A stretch of 64,000 nucleotides of DNA from an uncultured Actinomycetes bacterium (GCA_963755025.1 CAVWIH010000031.1:1-64000); one strand, 5' to 3'; positions 32,804 to 42,308 are shown, counted from the first letter of the stretch. Notes: a model not told the origin generated them from the sequence alone. Numbers and translations are program-made.

Positions 32804-35476
32804 CTAGGTCACTTTAACGGTCAGCTCGGCCGCCACCGTCTGACGGTTGCCCGCCAGGTCGACCGCCAGCAGCGTCACGAGGTAGGTGCCCCGCGCTTTA
32901 GGCTTGAACGACCAGCTGCGCACCACGCCGATCGTCGCCGCCGGCAGCGTCGCCGACGACACGACCGTACCCGCCGACGAGCGCGCCACGATCGTCGCCG
33001 ACGCCCTCGGGCTAAGCTTGTCGCTGACCCGGTAGGCCGCGTGCAGCGTCCTGCCGAGTTTGAGGGACACGGTGCCCGCGTGCCAGGCGGCGACCGGCGG
33101 CACGGTATCGACGTGCAGGCTCATGACAGAGGCGACCGTGCCGACCGCGTTCTTGGCCGACAGCGTGCACACATACGAGCCGTCGGCGACTACGACGCCA
33201 CCGGCGTCTTTGCCGTCCCACCGCCAGGTGTGCGCGCCGCCGGCCAGGCTGCCGAGCGCCACGCGTCGCACCACGGCCCCGCCGGGGCCGGTCAGCGCCA
33301 CGCTGACCGTGGCGGTGCGCGTCTGACGAAACGAGAGCACGGTCGGTGTCGTTCACGCCGTCGCCGTTGGGCGACACCCAGACGGGCACGAAGTGCGGCG
33401 TTGACCGAGCGTGTCGTCGACCCAACGGCGCGCTTCGCGGTCGCCGTGTTGCCCGCCGCGTCGGTCGCGCGCACCACGAGGTCGTACGACGCCGTCGGGC
33501 GCGACCGCAAGCGCGCCGCGCCGAGCTCACCTTGCCGTCCCAGACCAGATGCAGCTTGCCGGCCTTGGTGGCCGTCGGGCCGACCGTGCGCACCAGCGCG
33601 CCGCTCGCGTCGCGCACGCTCAGGGTGGCCGTGCACGGCCTCGCCCGCCGTCAGCGCGATCTGCGCGGCGTCGGCGAAGCGATCGCCGTTCGGGCTGATC
33701 ACGGCGGGCGTCGACGGCTGAGCCCCGAGATGACCGGAGGCGACTGTGTCGATGCGCACCGCGACGCTCGCCGGCCGCGCCGTGCCGTTCGCGCTGGTGG
33801 CCGCGAAGGTCGCCGTGTAGGCGCCGTCGGGCAGGCGCGCGCCGGCGGCGTCGCGGCCGTGCCACACCGCGCTCGCCGTCGTGCCGGTGCCGGCGAAGCG
33901 GGCGACCACGCTGCCCGCCGCGTCGCTCAGGGCGATGCTCCAGCCGTCGTCGCCCGACAGCCGGCCTTGAAGGCGACGCTGTCGCGCACGCCGTCGCCGT
34001 TGGGGCTGAAGGCGCGCGGCGAGGCGCGTCGGGGTGTAGATCTTGGGATCGCCGATGCCGGCCACGGCCGTGCGGATGGCGGGCAGCATGCCGAACAGCA
34101 CGTTGCCGGGGCACTCGGTGTAGTTGACCTGACGATGGCCCAGGATGACCGGCACCGTGACCCACTGCCCCGCCTTGTACATCTCGGTCGTGAGAGCACT
34201 CGACGCGCGCCGTGCCCTGCGGGTCGAGGTGCGAGAGGTCGAGCTTCCAGGCCAGGAGGCGCTCGAGTGAGGTCACCGCCGCCTTCGAGGGCGCGACCGT
34301 CTGAAAGGTGCCGATCAGCGAGACGCCGGTGCTCATGCTGTTGAAGCCCAGCACCTGGGCGCCGATCACGGCGCTGGCGACGCCGCCGTAGCGGCCTTCG
34401 TAGATCGTCCCGAAGCGGTCGATCAGGAAGTTGTAGCCGATGTCGTTCCAGCCGTTGACCTGGGTGTGGTAGTAGTAGATGCCGCGCACGAGCGCCGGCG
34501 CCTGGGCGCGCGTGTAGTTGTTGGCGTTGACGGTGTGATGGACAAAGGCACAGCGCACCACGCCGTACGAGGGCGAGTTCGAGCGCAGCGACTCGTCGGC
34601 GCCCCACTTGGCGCGCGACACGATCGGCGGTTCGGGCGGTCCGCCCACGGTGGTGGCCCCCACGACCGCCGCGCCGGCGGCGTCGGGAGCAGCCGGCTCC
34701 GTCGTCGTAGACCCGGACGTCGTCGTCGCGACCGCAGGCGCCATCGTCGGGGCGACGGACGCCGCCGGCGATGCCGCAACGGTCGGCGCCGTCGAGGCCG
34801 TGACCTGCGCGTCGATGCAGGCAAGGCGCACATCGCTCACCGGCGCGCCGCCGGCCTCGTATTGCACGTAGCGCGCGGCGCCGACCCAGACCGGCTCGGT
34901 CACCAGGTCGGCGGCGCCTTCGACGCTGCCCGCCGGACCGCTCTGGGCGTCCGCCTTCACCGTGAACCACGGCGTCCAGGAGAGCCCGTCGAGGCTGGTC
35001 CGCACGTGGAACTGAGCGGCGAGCACGCCGGCGCTCGTGGAGCGGAACAGGACGCCGATCATGTCGAACCGGGCTCCGGCGTCGACCGTGGTGGCCGCGC
35101 GTCCGTCGGGTCCGATGCCCGCCGGCAGCACCTGTGCGCGCCGTCCGCCCAGCGTGAGGGGCGCGGCCCCGTCGGTGCGGCCGAGGGGCGCCGCGCGCAG
35201 CGCCGTGCCGGCCGACGCCGCCGCGCCCGGCGAGGGCGCGGCCACGATGAACCCGGTGGTCACGGGCGTGGCCGATGGCGTGGTCGGGGCCGCGGCCAGG
35301 GCCGTCGCGGCGCAGGGGCCGAGCGCGCCTATGAGCAGCGCGGCGCCGCCCGCAAGGACGGCGGCGGCCGCTGCGCGCATGGGCAGCCGGCGTGGGCCAC
35401 GCGCCGCGGCAGCGCCAGAACAGAAGAGAGTCGAGAAGGATGAGAAACGACCGAGACGGCACGGTGGTAGGTTCAT
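32804..35476 (-). CDS. Secreted N-acetylmuramoyl-L-alanine amidase (Amidase_2) with FlgD-Ig-like repeats (several frameshifts)
   Basis: SRAKWGADE, VHHTV, GWNDIGYNFLIDRFGTIYEGR, GHRQVNYTECPG, repeated SPNGDG and WDGK motifs. Confidence 0.8.
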
Positions 35477-35642
35477 TGGCACTCCCTGGAGGCTCGTGCG
35501 GTCATCGTCGTCACAACCGCCGGCAACCTTTACGGGTCGGCCTTACCCCGGCGGCGGCCGCGTGGGCGCGCCCCCCTGTCCCTTTCACCCTAGTGCGCAA
35601 CGGCGCTCAGGCGCAACGGCGGGAGCGCCCGGCGCGGTGAGA

Positions 35643-35682
35643 CGGGGCGGTGCGGCGGCCCTGGGGCCGCCGCCCCGCCCCG
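35643..35682. terminator. Strong GC hairpin downstream of the radical SAM gene
   Basis: cggggcgg-t-gcggcggccc tg gggccgccgc-c-ccgccccg. Confidence 0.5.
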
Positions 35683-35732
35683 AGCGGTCGTGCGGGAGAG
35701 ACGCCGGCGCATGAACCGCGCCGGCGGCGCGC

Positions 35733-37094
35733 TCATTCTTCGGCGTCGGCCTTGGCCTGGGTCATGCACGACCAGACGGGCTGGTAGACGCGATCGACCT
35801 CGTCGGCGTAGTCGTCGAGGTCGGCGCGCAGCTGCGTGATGAGCGTCTCGGCGCCGACGTGCGTGGGGTGCGCGCCGGTCTGCTCGATGATCTCGCGTGA
35901 GTGATGCGGGTTGTCGATCAGCATGCACGGCATGAGGAGGTTGTGGTTGAAGGGCTGCCGGCGGCGGATCTCCTGGAAGAAGGCCGACGAGAACGCCTCT
36001 TTGAGCGAGACGTCGTGCACGTTGTCGGTGGCGAAGTGCGTGAAGATGCAGGGCTCGACCCAGCCCTCGTTGTTGATGTGGATGTAGTGCTTGCCGGCGA
36101 TGCAGCCTTTGACGTACGGCGCGTCGCCCCAGAAGTCGACCGGGAACAGAGCCTTGCTGTTGCGCACGCGCTCGATGCCCAGGCGGAACTCGTTGCGCTC
36201 GGCGGGCGTGAGCATGAGGCTCATGTCGGGGTCGACGCCGACCGGCATGTAGAGGAAGTTCCAGCAGATCATGGCGCCTTTTTCGACCATGGCGTCGACG
36301 AACTCGTCGCTCACCAGGGTCTGCCAGTTGTGGCGCGTGACCGTGGCCGAGTAGCCGAACACCATGCCGCGTTCGCGCAGGCCGTCCATGCTCTTCATGA
36401 TCTGGTCGAAGATGCCCGGGCCGCGCCGCGCGTCGGTGTGCTCGCGGCCGCCTTCGATGCTCAGCATGGGGGCGACGTTGCCGAGGGCGGCGAGGCGGTC
36501 GAGGGTCGCCTCGTCGAGCAGGGTGCCGTTCGTGTAGACGTGGAAGTAGACGTCGGGGTTGGCGGCGTAGAAGTCGAGCAGGTCCTCGCGGAAGAACGGT
36601 TCGCCGCCGAGGATGGTGATGAGGTACACGCCCATCTCGTTGGCTTGGTCGACGATGCGCTGCAGGGTGGCGATGTCCATATCGCTGTCGCGCGAGTACT
36701 CGCCGGCAAAGCAGCCTTCGCAGGTGAGGTTGCAGCGCATCGTGGGGCTGATGAGGATCGTGAAGGGGGTCGGCACGCCTTCGCGCTGGGTGAACTCGGT
36801 GCGTTTCGCCGAGCCGCGCAGCATGGTGTTGATCACGAAGCACTCGATGAAGCGGTCGCGCGCGCGAGGACTCAGCTGGCCCACGACGTGCTTGGCGATG
36901 TTCAGCGCCGGGTGATCGTCGATGATCTTGTCGCGGACGAACAGGATCTCGGCTTTGTGGTTGTCGGGGGTGAGCTTCTCCGCCAGATTGAAGGCCTTGA
37001 CGATCTTGGCCTTGTCGTCGGTGGTGGCAAGCTTGAGAATCTGGTTGATGGTCCGCCGCTGCACCGCAGTGTACAGACCTTCGGTCGTGCTCAT
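35733..37094 (-). CDS. Radical SAM protein with SPASM/Twitch-type C-terminus
   Basis: CNLTCEGC, GGEP, YTNGT, SIEG, GCIAGKHYIHINNEGWVEPC, PCMLIDNP. SD GGGAGGG. Confidence 0.92.
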   Translation of the reverse strand: MSTTEGLYTAVQRRTINQILKLATTDDKAKIVKAFNLAEKLTPDNHKAEILFVRDKIIDDHPALNIAKHVVGQLSPRARDRFIECFVINTMLRGSAKRTEFTQREGVPTPFTILISPTMRCNLTCEGCFAGEYSRDSDMDIATLQRIVDQANEMGVYLITILGGEPFFREDLLDFYAANPDVYFHVYTNGTLLDEATLDRLAALGNVAPMLSIEGGREHTDARRGPGIFDQIMKSMDGLRERGMVFGYSATVTRHNWQTLVSDEFVDAMVEKGAMICWNFLYMPVGVDPDMSLMLTPAERNEFRLGIERVRNSKALFPVDFWGDAPYVKGCIAGKHYIHINNEGWVEPCIFTHFATDNVHDVSLKEAFSSAFFQEIRRRQPFNHNLLMPCMLIDNPHHSREIIEQTGAHPTHVGAETLITQLRADLDDYADEVDRVYQPVWSCMTQAKADAEE

Positions 37095-37256
37095 CGTGTC
37101 GTCCCCTCCCCGGTCGGCAACTTCCTCGAGCCTTGCGCAATCATACCAACGATGTCGAGGCCTTCCGAGCCGTTTTGTGTTCGTGAATCCTCAAAAACGG
37201 CCCGCGTCAGGGCTGGCAACGTTGCCGAGACGGCTACGCTAAGTTGCCGAAAGCTA

Positions 37257-37283
37257 TTCAGGAAGCATTCGACCTGTCGATAG
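37257..37283 (+). promoter_or_regulatory. Sigma28 (FliA/WhiG)-like promoter
   Basis: TTCA-N15-GTCGATAG versus consensus TAAA-N15-GCCGATAA. The predicted start falls at the riboswitch 5' end. Confidence 0.45.
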
Positions 37284-37286
37284 TGC

Positions 37287-37376
37287 TACTTGACAAGGGC
37301 AAACCTGCCGCGAGGCAGGGACGCAAAGCCAGAGGTCTTGAGGTGATCAAGATAGCTCGGTTGCCGAGATCGAGAG
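37287..37376 (+). ncRNA. c-di-GMP-I (GEMM) riboswitch
   Basis: AAGGGCAAACC-TGCC-GCGA-GGCA-GGGACGCAAAGCC...GATAGCTCGGTTGCCGA. P1 CTTGA/TCGAG, GNRA tetraloop, and G at the position equivalent to G20. Confidence 0.93.
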
Positions 37377-37405
37377 CCCAGAGTTCTCGCGGTACCCTCC
37401 TCTCC

Positions 37406-37499
37406 CCGCCTCCGTCTCGCGCGTCCGCCCTCGTCGCCGGCATCAGACCTGACGGTCCGGACAGTCGGCGAGCCGGTCGTCAGTGCGCAACGGAGGCGG
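37406..37499 (+). promoter_or_regulatory. Anti-SD/SD expression platform
   Basis: CCGCCTCCGT (37406-37415) is the exact reverse complement of ACGGAGGCGG (37490-37499), which contains the SD. Confidence 0.7.
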
Positions 37500-37503
37500 T
37501 GCG

Positions 37504-39099
37504 ATGAAAGCCAGATTCCTCGTGATGGGAGCAGCGCTGCTGCTTGCCATCGTCCTCGTTTGGGGGGGGACCGCATGGGCCGACCAGGCCGCGCCTGTCG
37601 ACCCGAGCGTCGTCACCGAGCTCGCTGCCGGCGGCAGCGTGCCGGTCATCGTCTACGCGACGCCCGGCCACCTCAGCGACCTGACGGCCGAGTTCGACCC
37701 CACGACCATCGACGACTCCCTTTCGCTGATCGGCGCGCTGTCCACCGACGTGACGTCGGATACCATCGACGACGTCGCCGCCCTCCCGTACGTCGACTAC
37801 ATCGCCGCCGACGTCCCCACCTTCGGGACCGACTACGCCGCCAGCCTCGACGCGACCAACGCGACGATCGGCTTGGGCAACATCACCTCGCCGATCGCCG
37901 GCGGCCTTGACGGCTCCGGCGTCGGCGTCGCGGTTCTCGACAGCGGCACCGCCGACGTGAACGACCTCGACGGCGCCAACGGCCAGACGCGCGTCTCGGC
38001 CTTCGTCGACTTCGTCAACGGCCGGCGTCGCATGTACGACGATGGCGGTCACGGCACGTTCGTCGACGGCATCATCGCCGGCAACGGCTCGAGCTCGCTG
38101 CCGACCGACCAGGGCGGCAAGGCCACGACCCAGTATCGCGGCGTGGCCCCCAACGCCAACATCATCTCGCTCAAGGTCCTCGACAGCCACGGCGAGGGCC
38201 GTGCGTCGGCCATGATCGCCGCCATCGCCTGGGCGATCAACCATCGCCAGCAGTACAACATCCGCGTCATGAACATCTCGGTCGAAGGCGACGTGACCAC
38301 ACCGGCCGCGTACGACCCGCTCGATCGCGCGGTCGACGCCGCCTGGCGGGCCGGCATCGTCGTGGTGTGCGCCGCCGGTAACGAAGGCGCCTTCGGCGAG
38401 GGCGGCGTGTTGTCGCCCGGCAACGATCCCTACGCCATCACGGTCGGCGCCTCCGACTCGCAGCAGACCGCCGACACGAGCGACGACACCGTCTGCACGT
38501 ACAGCTCGGTCGGTCCGACCCTCTTCGACGAGTACGCTAAGCCCGACCTGGTCGCCCCCGGCAACCACATCATCTCGCTGCGCGCCCCGGGCAGCTGGAT
38601 CGACGACACCTACCCGCAGACGCGTGTGGCGGTCTCGACCTACCAGCCCGGGGCCTCGAACCGCGCGACCCCGTCGTACGCGGTCATGTCGGGCACCAGC
38701 GCGGCGGCCCCCGTCGTCGCCGGCGCCGCGGCCCTCATGATTCAGAACGACGCCACGCTGACCCCCGGCGAAGTGAAGCTGCGCCTCATGGACAGCGCCC
38801 ACCAGCTGGCCGGCGCCGCCCCCTACTCTGAAGGCGCCGGCGAGCTCGACGTCGCAGCCGCGCTCAACGACGACTCGGTCACCAGCGGCTACGACCTCTC
38901 GGCCAAGCTCGGCAACGGCAGCACGATCCTGCCGATCGACGTACTGCTGCAGTGGCAGAAGTACGCCTGGTCGAAGTACGCTTGGTCGAAGTACGCGTGG
39001 TCGAAGTACGCGTGGTCGAAGTACGCCTGGTCCAAATACGCGTGGTCTAAATACGCATGGTCAAAATACGCATGGTCGGTCGTGATCGACGGGCAGTGA
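37504..39099 (+). CDS. Secreted S8 (subtilisin-like) peptidase with C-terminal (KYAWS)8 tail
   Basis: Sec signal ending AWA, prodomain, triad VAVLDSG / HGTFVDG / SGTSAAAP, oxyanion AAGNEG. Confidence 0.95.
   Translation: MKARFLVMGAALLLAIVLVWGGTAWADQAAPVDPSVVTELAAGGSVPVIVYATPGHLSDLTAEFDPTTIDDSLSLIGALSTDVTSDTIDDVAALPYVDYIAADVPTFGTDYAASLDATNATIGLGNITSPIAGGLDGSGVGVAVLDSGTADVNDLDGANGQTRVSAFVDFVNGRRRMYDDGGHGTFVDGIIAGNGSSSLPTDQGGKATTQYRGVAPNANIISLKVLDSHGEGRASAMIAAIAWAINHRQQYNIRVMNISVEGDVTTPAAYDPLDRAVDAAWRAGIVVVCAAGNEGAFGEGGVLSPGNDPYAITVGASDSQQTADTSDDTVCTYSSVGPTLFDEYAKPDLVAPGNHIISLRAPGSWIDDTYPQTRVAVSTYQPGASNRATPSYAVMSGTSAAAPVVAGAAALMIQNDATLTPGEVKLRLMDSAHQLAGAAPYSEGAGELDVAAALNDDSVTSGYDLSAKLGNGSTILPIDVLLQWQKYAWSKYAWSKYAWSKYAWSKYAWSKYAWSKYAWSKYAWSVVIDGQ
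38959..39078 (+). repeat. 15-nt coding repeat x8 encoding KYAWS
   Basis: AAR TAC GCN TGG TCN x8, with only synonymous differences. Confidence 0.98.
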
Positions 39100-40670
39100 C
39101 CCAGACCGAGACACACCCTGGCAGGCCAACGACGGCCGCGCGACCTCGCGCGGCCGTCGCGCTCTATGTAGTCCTCACCCTGATCGCCGCCGCCGTCTGC
39201 GCGCTCGTCGCCTACGGCATGCCGCACGGCACGCCCCGCGAGCTGCAGCTGAGCGGCCTGATCGCCTTCATCGCGCTCTCCACGGTCACCGACCTGCGCG
39301 AGGTGCGCCTGCCGGTGATCGGCCACGTGACGCTCTCGTTCGTGCCGGTGCTGGCCGCCCTCATCGTCTTCGGCCTCTGGCCGGCGATCGTGGTCGCCGC
39401 GGCGTCTGGTGTGGCCACCGTGGCCGTGACCCGCGACCCGCAGAAGATCGCCTTCAACGTCGGCGACTACGTCGTGTCGACCTTCATTGCGGGCCTCGTC
39501 TACCAGGCGTTCGTGCCCGCCCACGCGGCGTTCGTGCAGACCGTGCTGCCCGCCTTCGCCGCCACCGGCGCCGACTTCGTCATCAACACGGTGGTGCTCG
39601 CCGGCGTCATCGCCCTGGCGAGCGGCGCCACGCCCTGGCGGGTGTGGCGCGAGAACTACCAGTGGGGCCTGCCCAGCTACATGACCGGCGCCACCCTGAG
39701 CCTGCTGCTGGCGTTCCTGTACCTGTGGCTCGGCGTGCCCGGCCTCGTGCTCGGCGTGCCCCCGCTGTTCCTCGTCTGGTACTCCTACGACGTCTACGCC
39801 GGCCGCATGCGCGACCGCGCCACGTTCTCCACCGAAGTGGCCTCGTTTCGCGACGAGCTCGCCTCGGCCGTGCGCTCACAGGACGAGCTGCGCGACGCCC
39901 AGCGGCGCGTGGCCGCCGAGATCGAGAAGGCGCGCGGTATCCAGGCCGACCTGCTGCCGCGCAAGGCTCCCGAGGTGGCGGGTCTCGAGCTCGCCCACCG
40001 CATCGAGTTCATGACCGAGATGGGCGGCGACTACTTCGACTTCGTGCCGCTGGCCGACGGCCGCCTCGGCCTGGTCTGCGGCGACGTCATGGGCAAAGGC
40101 CTGTCGGCGGCGCTCATCATGACCATGGCGCGCAGCCTGATCCTCTCGGCGGCGCGCAACGGCCACCGCCCCTCCGAGGTGCTCTGCGAGGTCAACGACG
40201 CCCTCACCCGCGACCTCGCCGGGCAGTCGGCGCCCTCGTTCCTGACGCTCGCCTACGCCATCTACTCGCCCGCAGACCGTAAGCTCGTCGTGGCCAACGG
40301 CGGCCACAACCCGCTGCTCGTCTTCGGTTCGGCCGGCCTGCGGGAGTTTCCCTCGCGCGGCAGCATGCTGGGGGTGCGCGACGGCCTCGAGTTTCCCGAA
40401 GACTCGCTTGTGCTCGAGCCCGACGACACCTTCGCGCTCTTCACCGACGGCCTCACCGAGGCGCGCGACCCGAGCCGCGGCCTCTTCGGCACCGCGCGCC
40501 TGGTCGAGGCGCTGTCGAGCTCCCCGCAGGCGTCGGCCGGCACCGCCCTCGAGGCGGCCTGGCAGGCCGTGACCGACTTCCGCGCCGGCACACCGGCCAC
40601 CGACGACGCCACGCTGCTGCTCGGTCGCGTCGTGGCCATCGAGGAACGCCCGGAACGGCCGATACAGTGA
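39096..40670 (+). CDS. Multi-TM sensor fused to PP2C/SpoIIE (RsbU-like) phosphatase
   Basis: About 7 TM segments, a coiled coil, GGDYFDF, GDVMGKG, NGGHNP, FTDGLTEA, DDAT. GTGA overlap with the peptidase stop. Confidence 0.92.
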   Translation: MTQTETHPGRPTTAARPRAAVALYVVLTLIAAAVCALVAYGMPHGTPRELQLSGLIAFIALSTVTDLREVRLPVIGHVTLSFVPVLAALIVFGLWPAIVVAAASGVATVAVTRDPQKIAFNVGDYVVSTFIAGLVYQAFVPAHAAFVQTVLPAFAATGADFVINTVVLAGVIALASGATPWRVWRENYQWGLPSYMTGATLSLLLAFLYLWLGVPGLVLGVPPLFLVWYSYDVYAGRMRDRATFSTEVASFRDELASAVRSQDELRDAQRRVAAEIEKARGIQADLLPRKAPEVAGLELAHRIEFMTEMGGDYFDFVPLADGRLGLVCGDVMGKGLSAALIMTMARSLILSAARNGHRPSEVLCEVNDALTRDLAGQSAPSFLTLAYAIYSPADRKLVVANGGHNPLLVFGSAGLREFPSRGSMLGVRDGLEFPEDSLVLEPDDTFALFTDGLTEARDPSRGLFGTARLVEALSSSPQASAGTALEAAWQAVTDFRAGTPATDDATLLLGRVVAIEERPERPIQ

Positions 40671-41450
40671 GTGATATGGGCACGCCCCCGACCAAAGAGA
40701 ACCCCGCCACGCTGCAGGTCATGCGCTACGACGCCCAGCGCGGCACCCTGACGGTCATCGTCGGCGACCCCGCGGGGGTGCCTCGCGAGATCGTCGCCCA
40801 GCGCGCCGCCGAGGCCATGCGCGCCCGCAGCTTCATCTGCCACACCTCCGACGACGACGAGTTCCTCGGCGCCGACGAGATCTGTTTCATCCCGCGCGCC
40901 GACCGCTGCGAGATCGTCAGCATCCACACCAACGGCTGGCGCCGTCACCACGGCGACCACCGCCGCAGCCTCGTCGAGATCCTCAACGACCTGGCCGCCG
41001 CCGTGGCGCGCGGCAACCTGTCGTTCTTAGACGACGACGAGCTCGTGGCCATCTCCAGCGAGGGCCGCGAGATCTTCGCCTGCACGGTCAACGACTCCGC
41101 CTCGCTCGCCCAGGCGCGCGCCGGGGTGGCGCGGGTCTTAGACGACCAGCAGGTGGCCCCCGACGCCCGCCGGCGCCTCGAGCTCTGCGTCTCCGAAGCG
41201 GCCACCAACATGCTCGTGCACGGCGGGGGCGGCGGCACCATGAAACTGCTGCTCGTGGGCGACCACCTGCGCGCCGTCGTCGCCGACCACGGCCCGGGCT
41301 TGAGCTTTCTCAACTGGACCGAAGAGGCCGGCGGCCTGAACCAGCCTTCCATGGGGTACGGATACAAGATCATTCTTGATAACCTTGAGCGTGTGTACCT
41401 GCACACCGGCGACGAGGGCAACGACACTCGTCCTCGACCGGACCATCTAG
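40667..41450 (+). CDS. RsbW-like anti-sigma/Ser kinase (HATPase_c) with unknown N-terminal domain (frameshift ~41420)
   Basis: SEAATNMLVHG, ADHGPG, SMGYG. Removing one A gives GTTLVLDRTI-stop. GTGA overlap with the upstream gene. Confidence 0.8.
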
Positions 41451-41467
41451 GCGAAGGGACGCAAGCG

Positions 41468-41783
41468 ATGCTGCACACGCGTGTCGAGGCCGGCGAGATC
41501 CCCATCGTGTACCTCGAGGGCGAGATCGACCTCGACTCGGTCGAGACGTTCCGCTGGGTGATGAGCGACGCCATGCGCGACGTGTCCGAAGCCATCGTCG
41601 ACTTCGGCAAGGTCACCTTCATCGACTCGTCGGGCACCGGGCTGCTCGTGCGCTTCTGCCTCGACTACAAAGCCCAGGGCGTGCAACTGCGGCTGCGCAA
41701 CATCCCGCCCGTGGTCGACGACGTCTTCAGCATGCTCAAGGTGCGCACCCTGGTGGGCGACGAAGCCTTCCTCGACCGGCTGA
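41468..41783 (+). CDS. RsbV-like STAS anti-anti-sigma factor (3' end uncertain)
   Basis: [20 protein letters not shown] (phospho-Ser motif). SD GAAGGGA. The nearest TGA (41781) is out of frame. Confidence 0.85.
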
Positions 41784-41784
41784 G

Positions 41785-42308
41785 CTGCGGAGGCCGGAAG
41801 CGTCGCCTCGCCGGGCCGCCAGTCGACCGGGCACAGCTCGCCGGTCTGCAGCGCCTGCAGCACGCGCAGGGTCTCTTCGGTGTTGCGCCCCACGTTGTTG
41901 TCGTGCACGACCATGTAGCGCAGCATGCCTTCGGTGTCGATGATGAAGGTGCCGCGCAGCGTGTGGCCTTCGTCGGCCAGCAGCACGCCGTACTCGCGCG
42001 CAACGTCGCGGGTCATGTCCGACAGCAGCGGGAACCCCAGCTTGCCGAGCTCGTGCTCGCACCAGGCGAGGTGGCTGTACTTGCTGTCGACGCTGGCGCC
42101 GAACACCCTGGCGCCGAGCTCGTCGAACTCGCGCGCGGCGCTGGGCGAAGCCGCGGATCTCGGTCGGGCACACGAACGTGAAGTCGAGCGGATAGAAGAA
42201 CAGCACCACCCAGCTGCCACGCTGCGACGCGAGGTTCACCTCGACGAACTCGCCGTCGAGCACGCCGTCGAGGGTGAAATCGGGTGCGCGTTGTCCAACC
42301 TGGATCAT
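41785..42308 (-). CDS. ahpC: 2-Cys peroxiredoxin (frameshift ~42135; 3' end uncertain)
   Basis: [42 protein letters not shown]. Confidence 0.88.

Noticed and set aside
38959-39078. 15-nt repeat as a CRISPR array or simple VNTR
   Set aside because: No spacers, in frame within a CDS, and variation only at third codon positions.
40667-42181. 504-aa ORF suggesting an RsbW-STAS fusion with a long tail
   Set aside because: Removing one base at ~41420 restores the typical GTTLVL terminal strand and a TAG at 41448. The STAS has its own SD and ATG, and the tail is antisense ahpC. Most likely an indel artefact.
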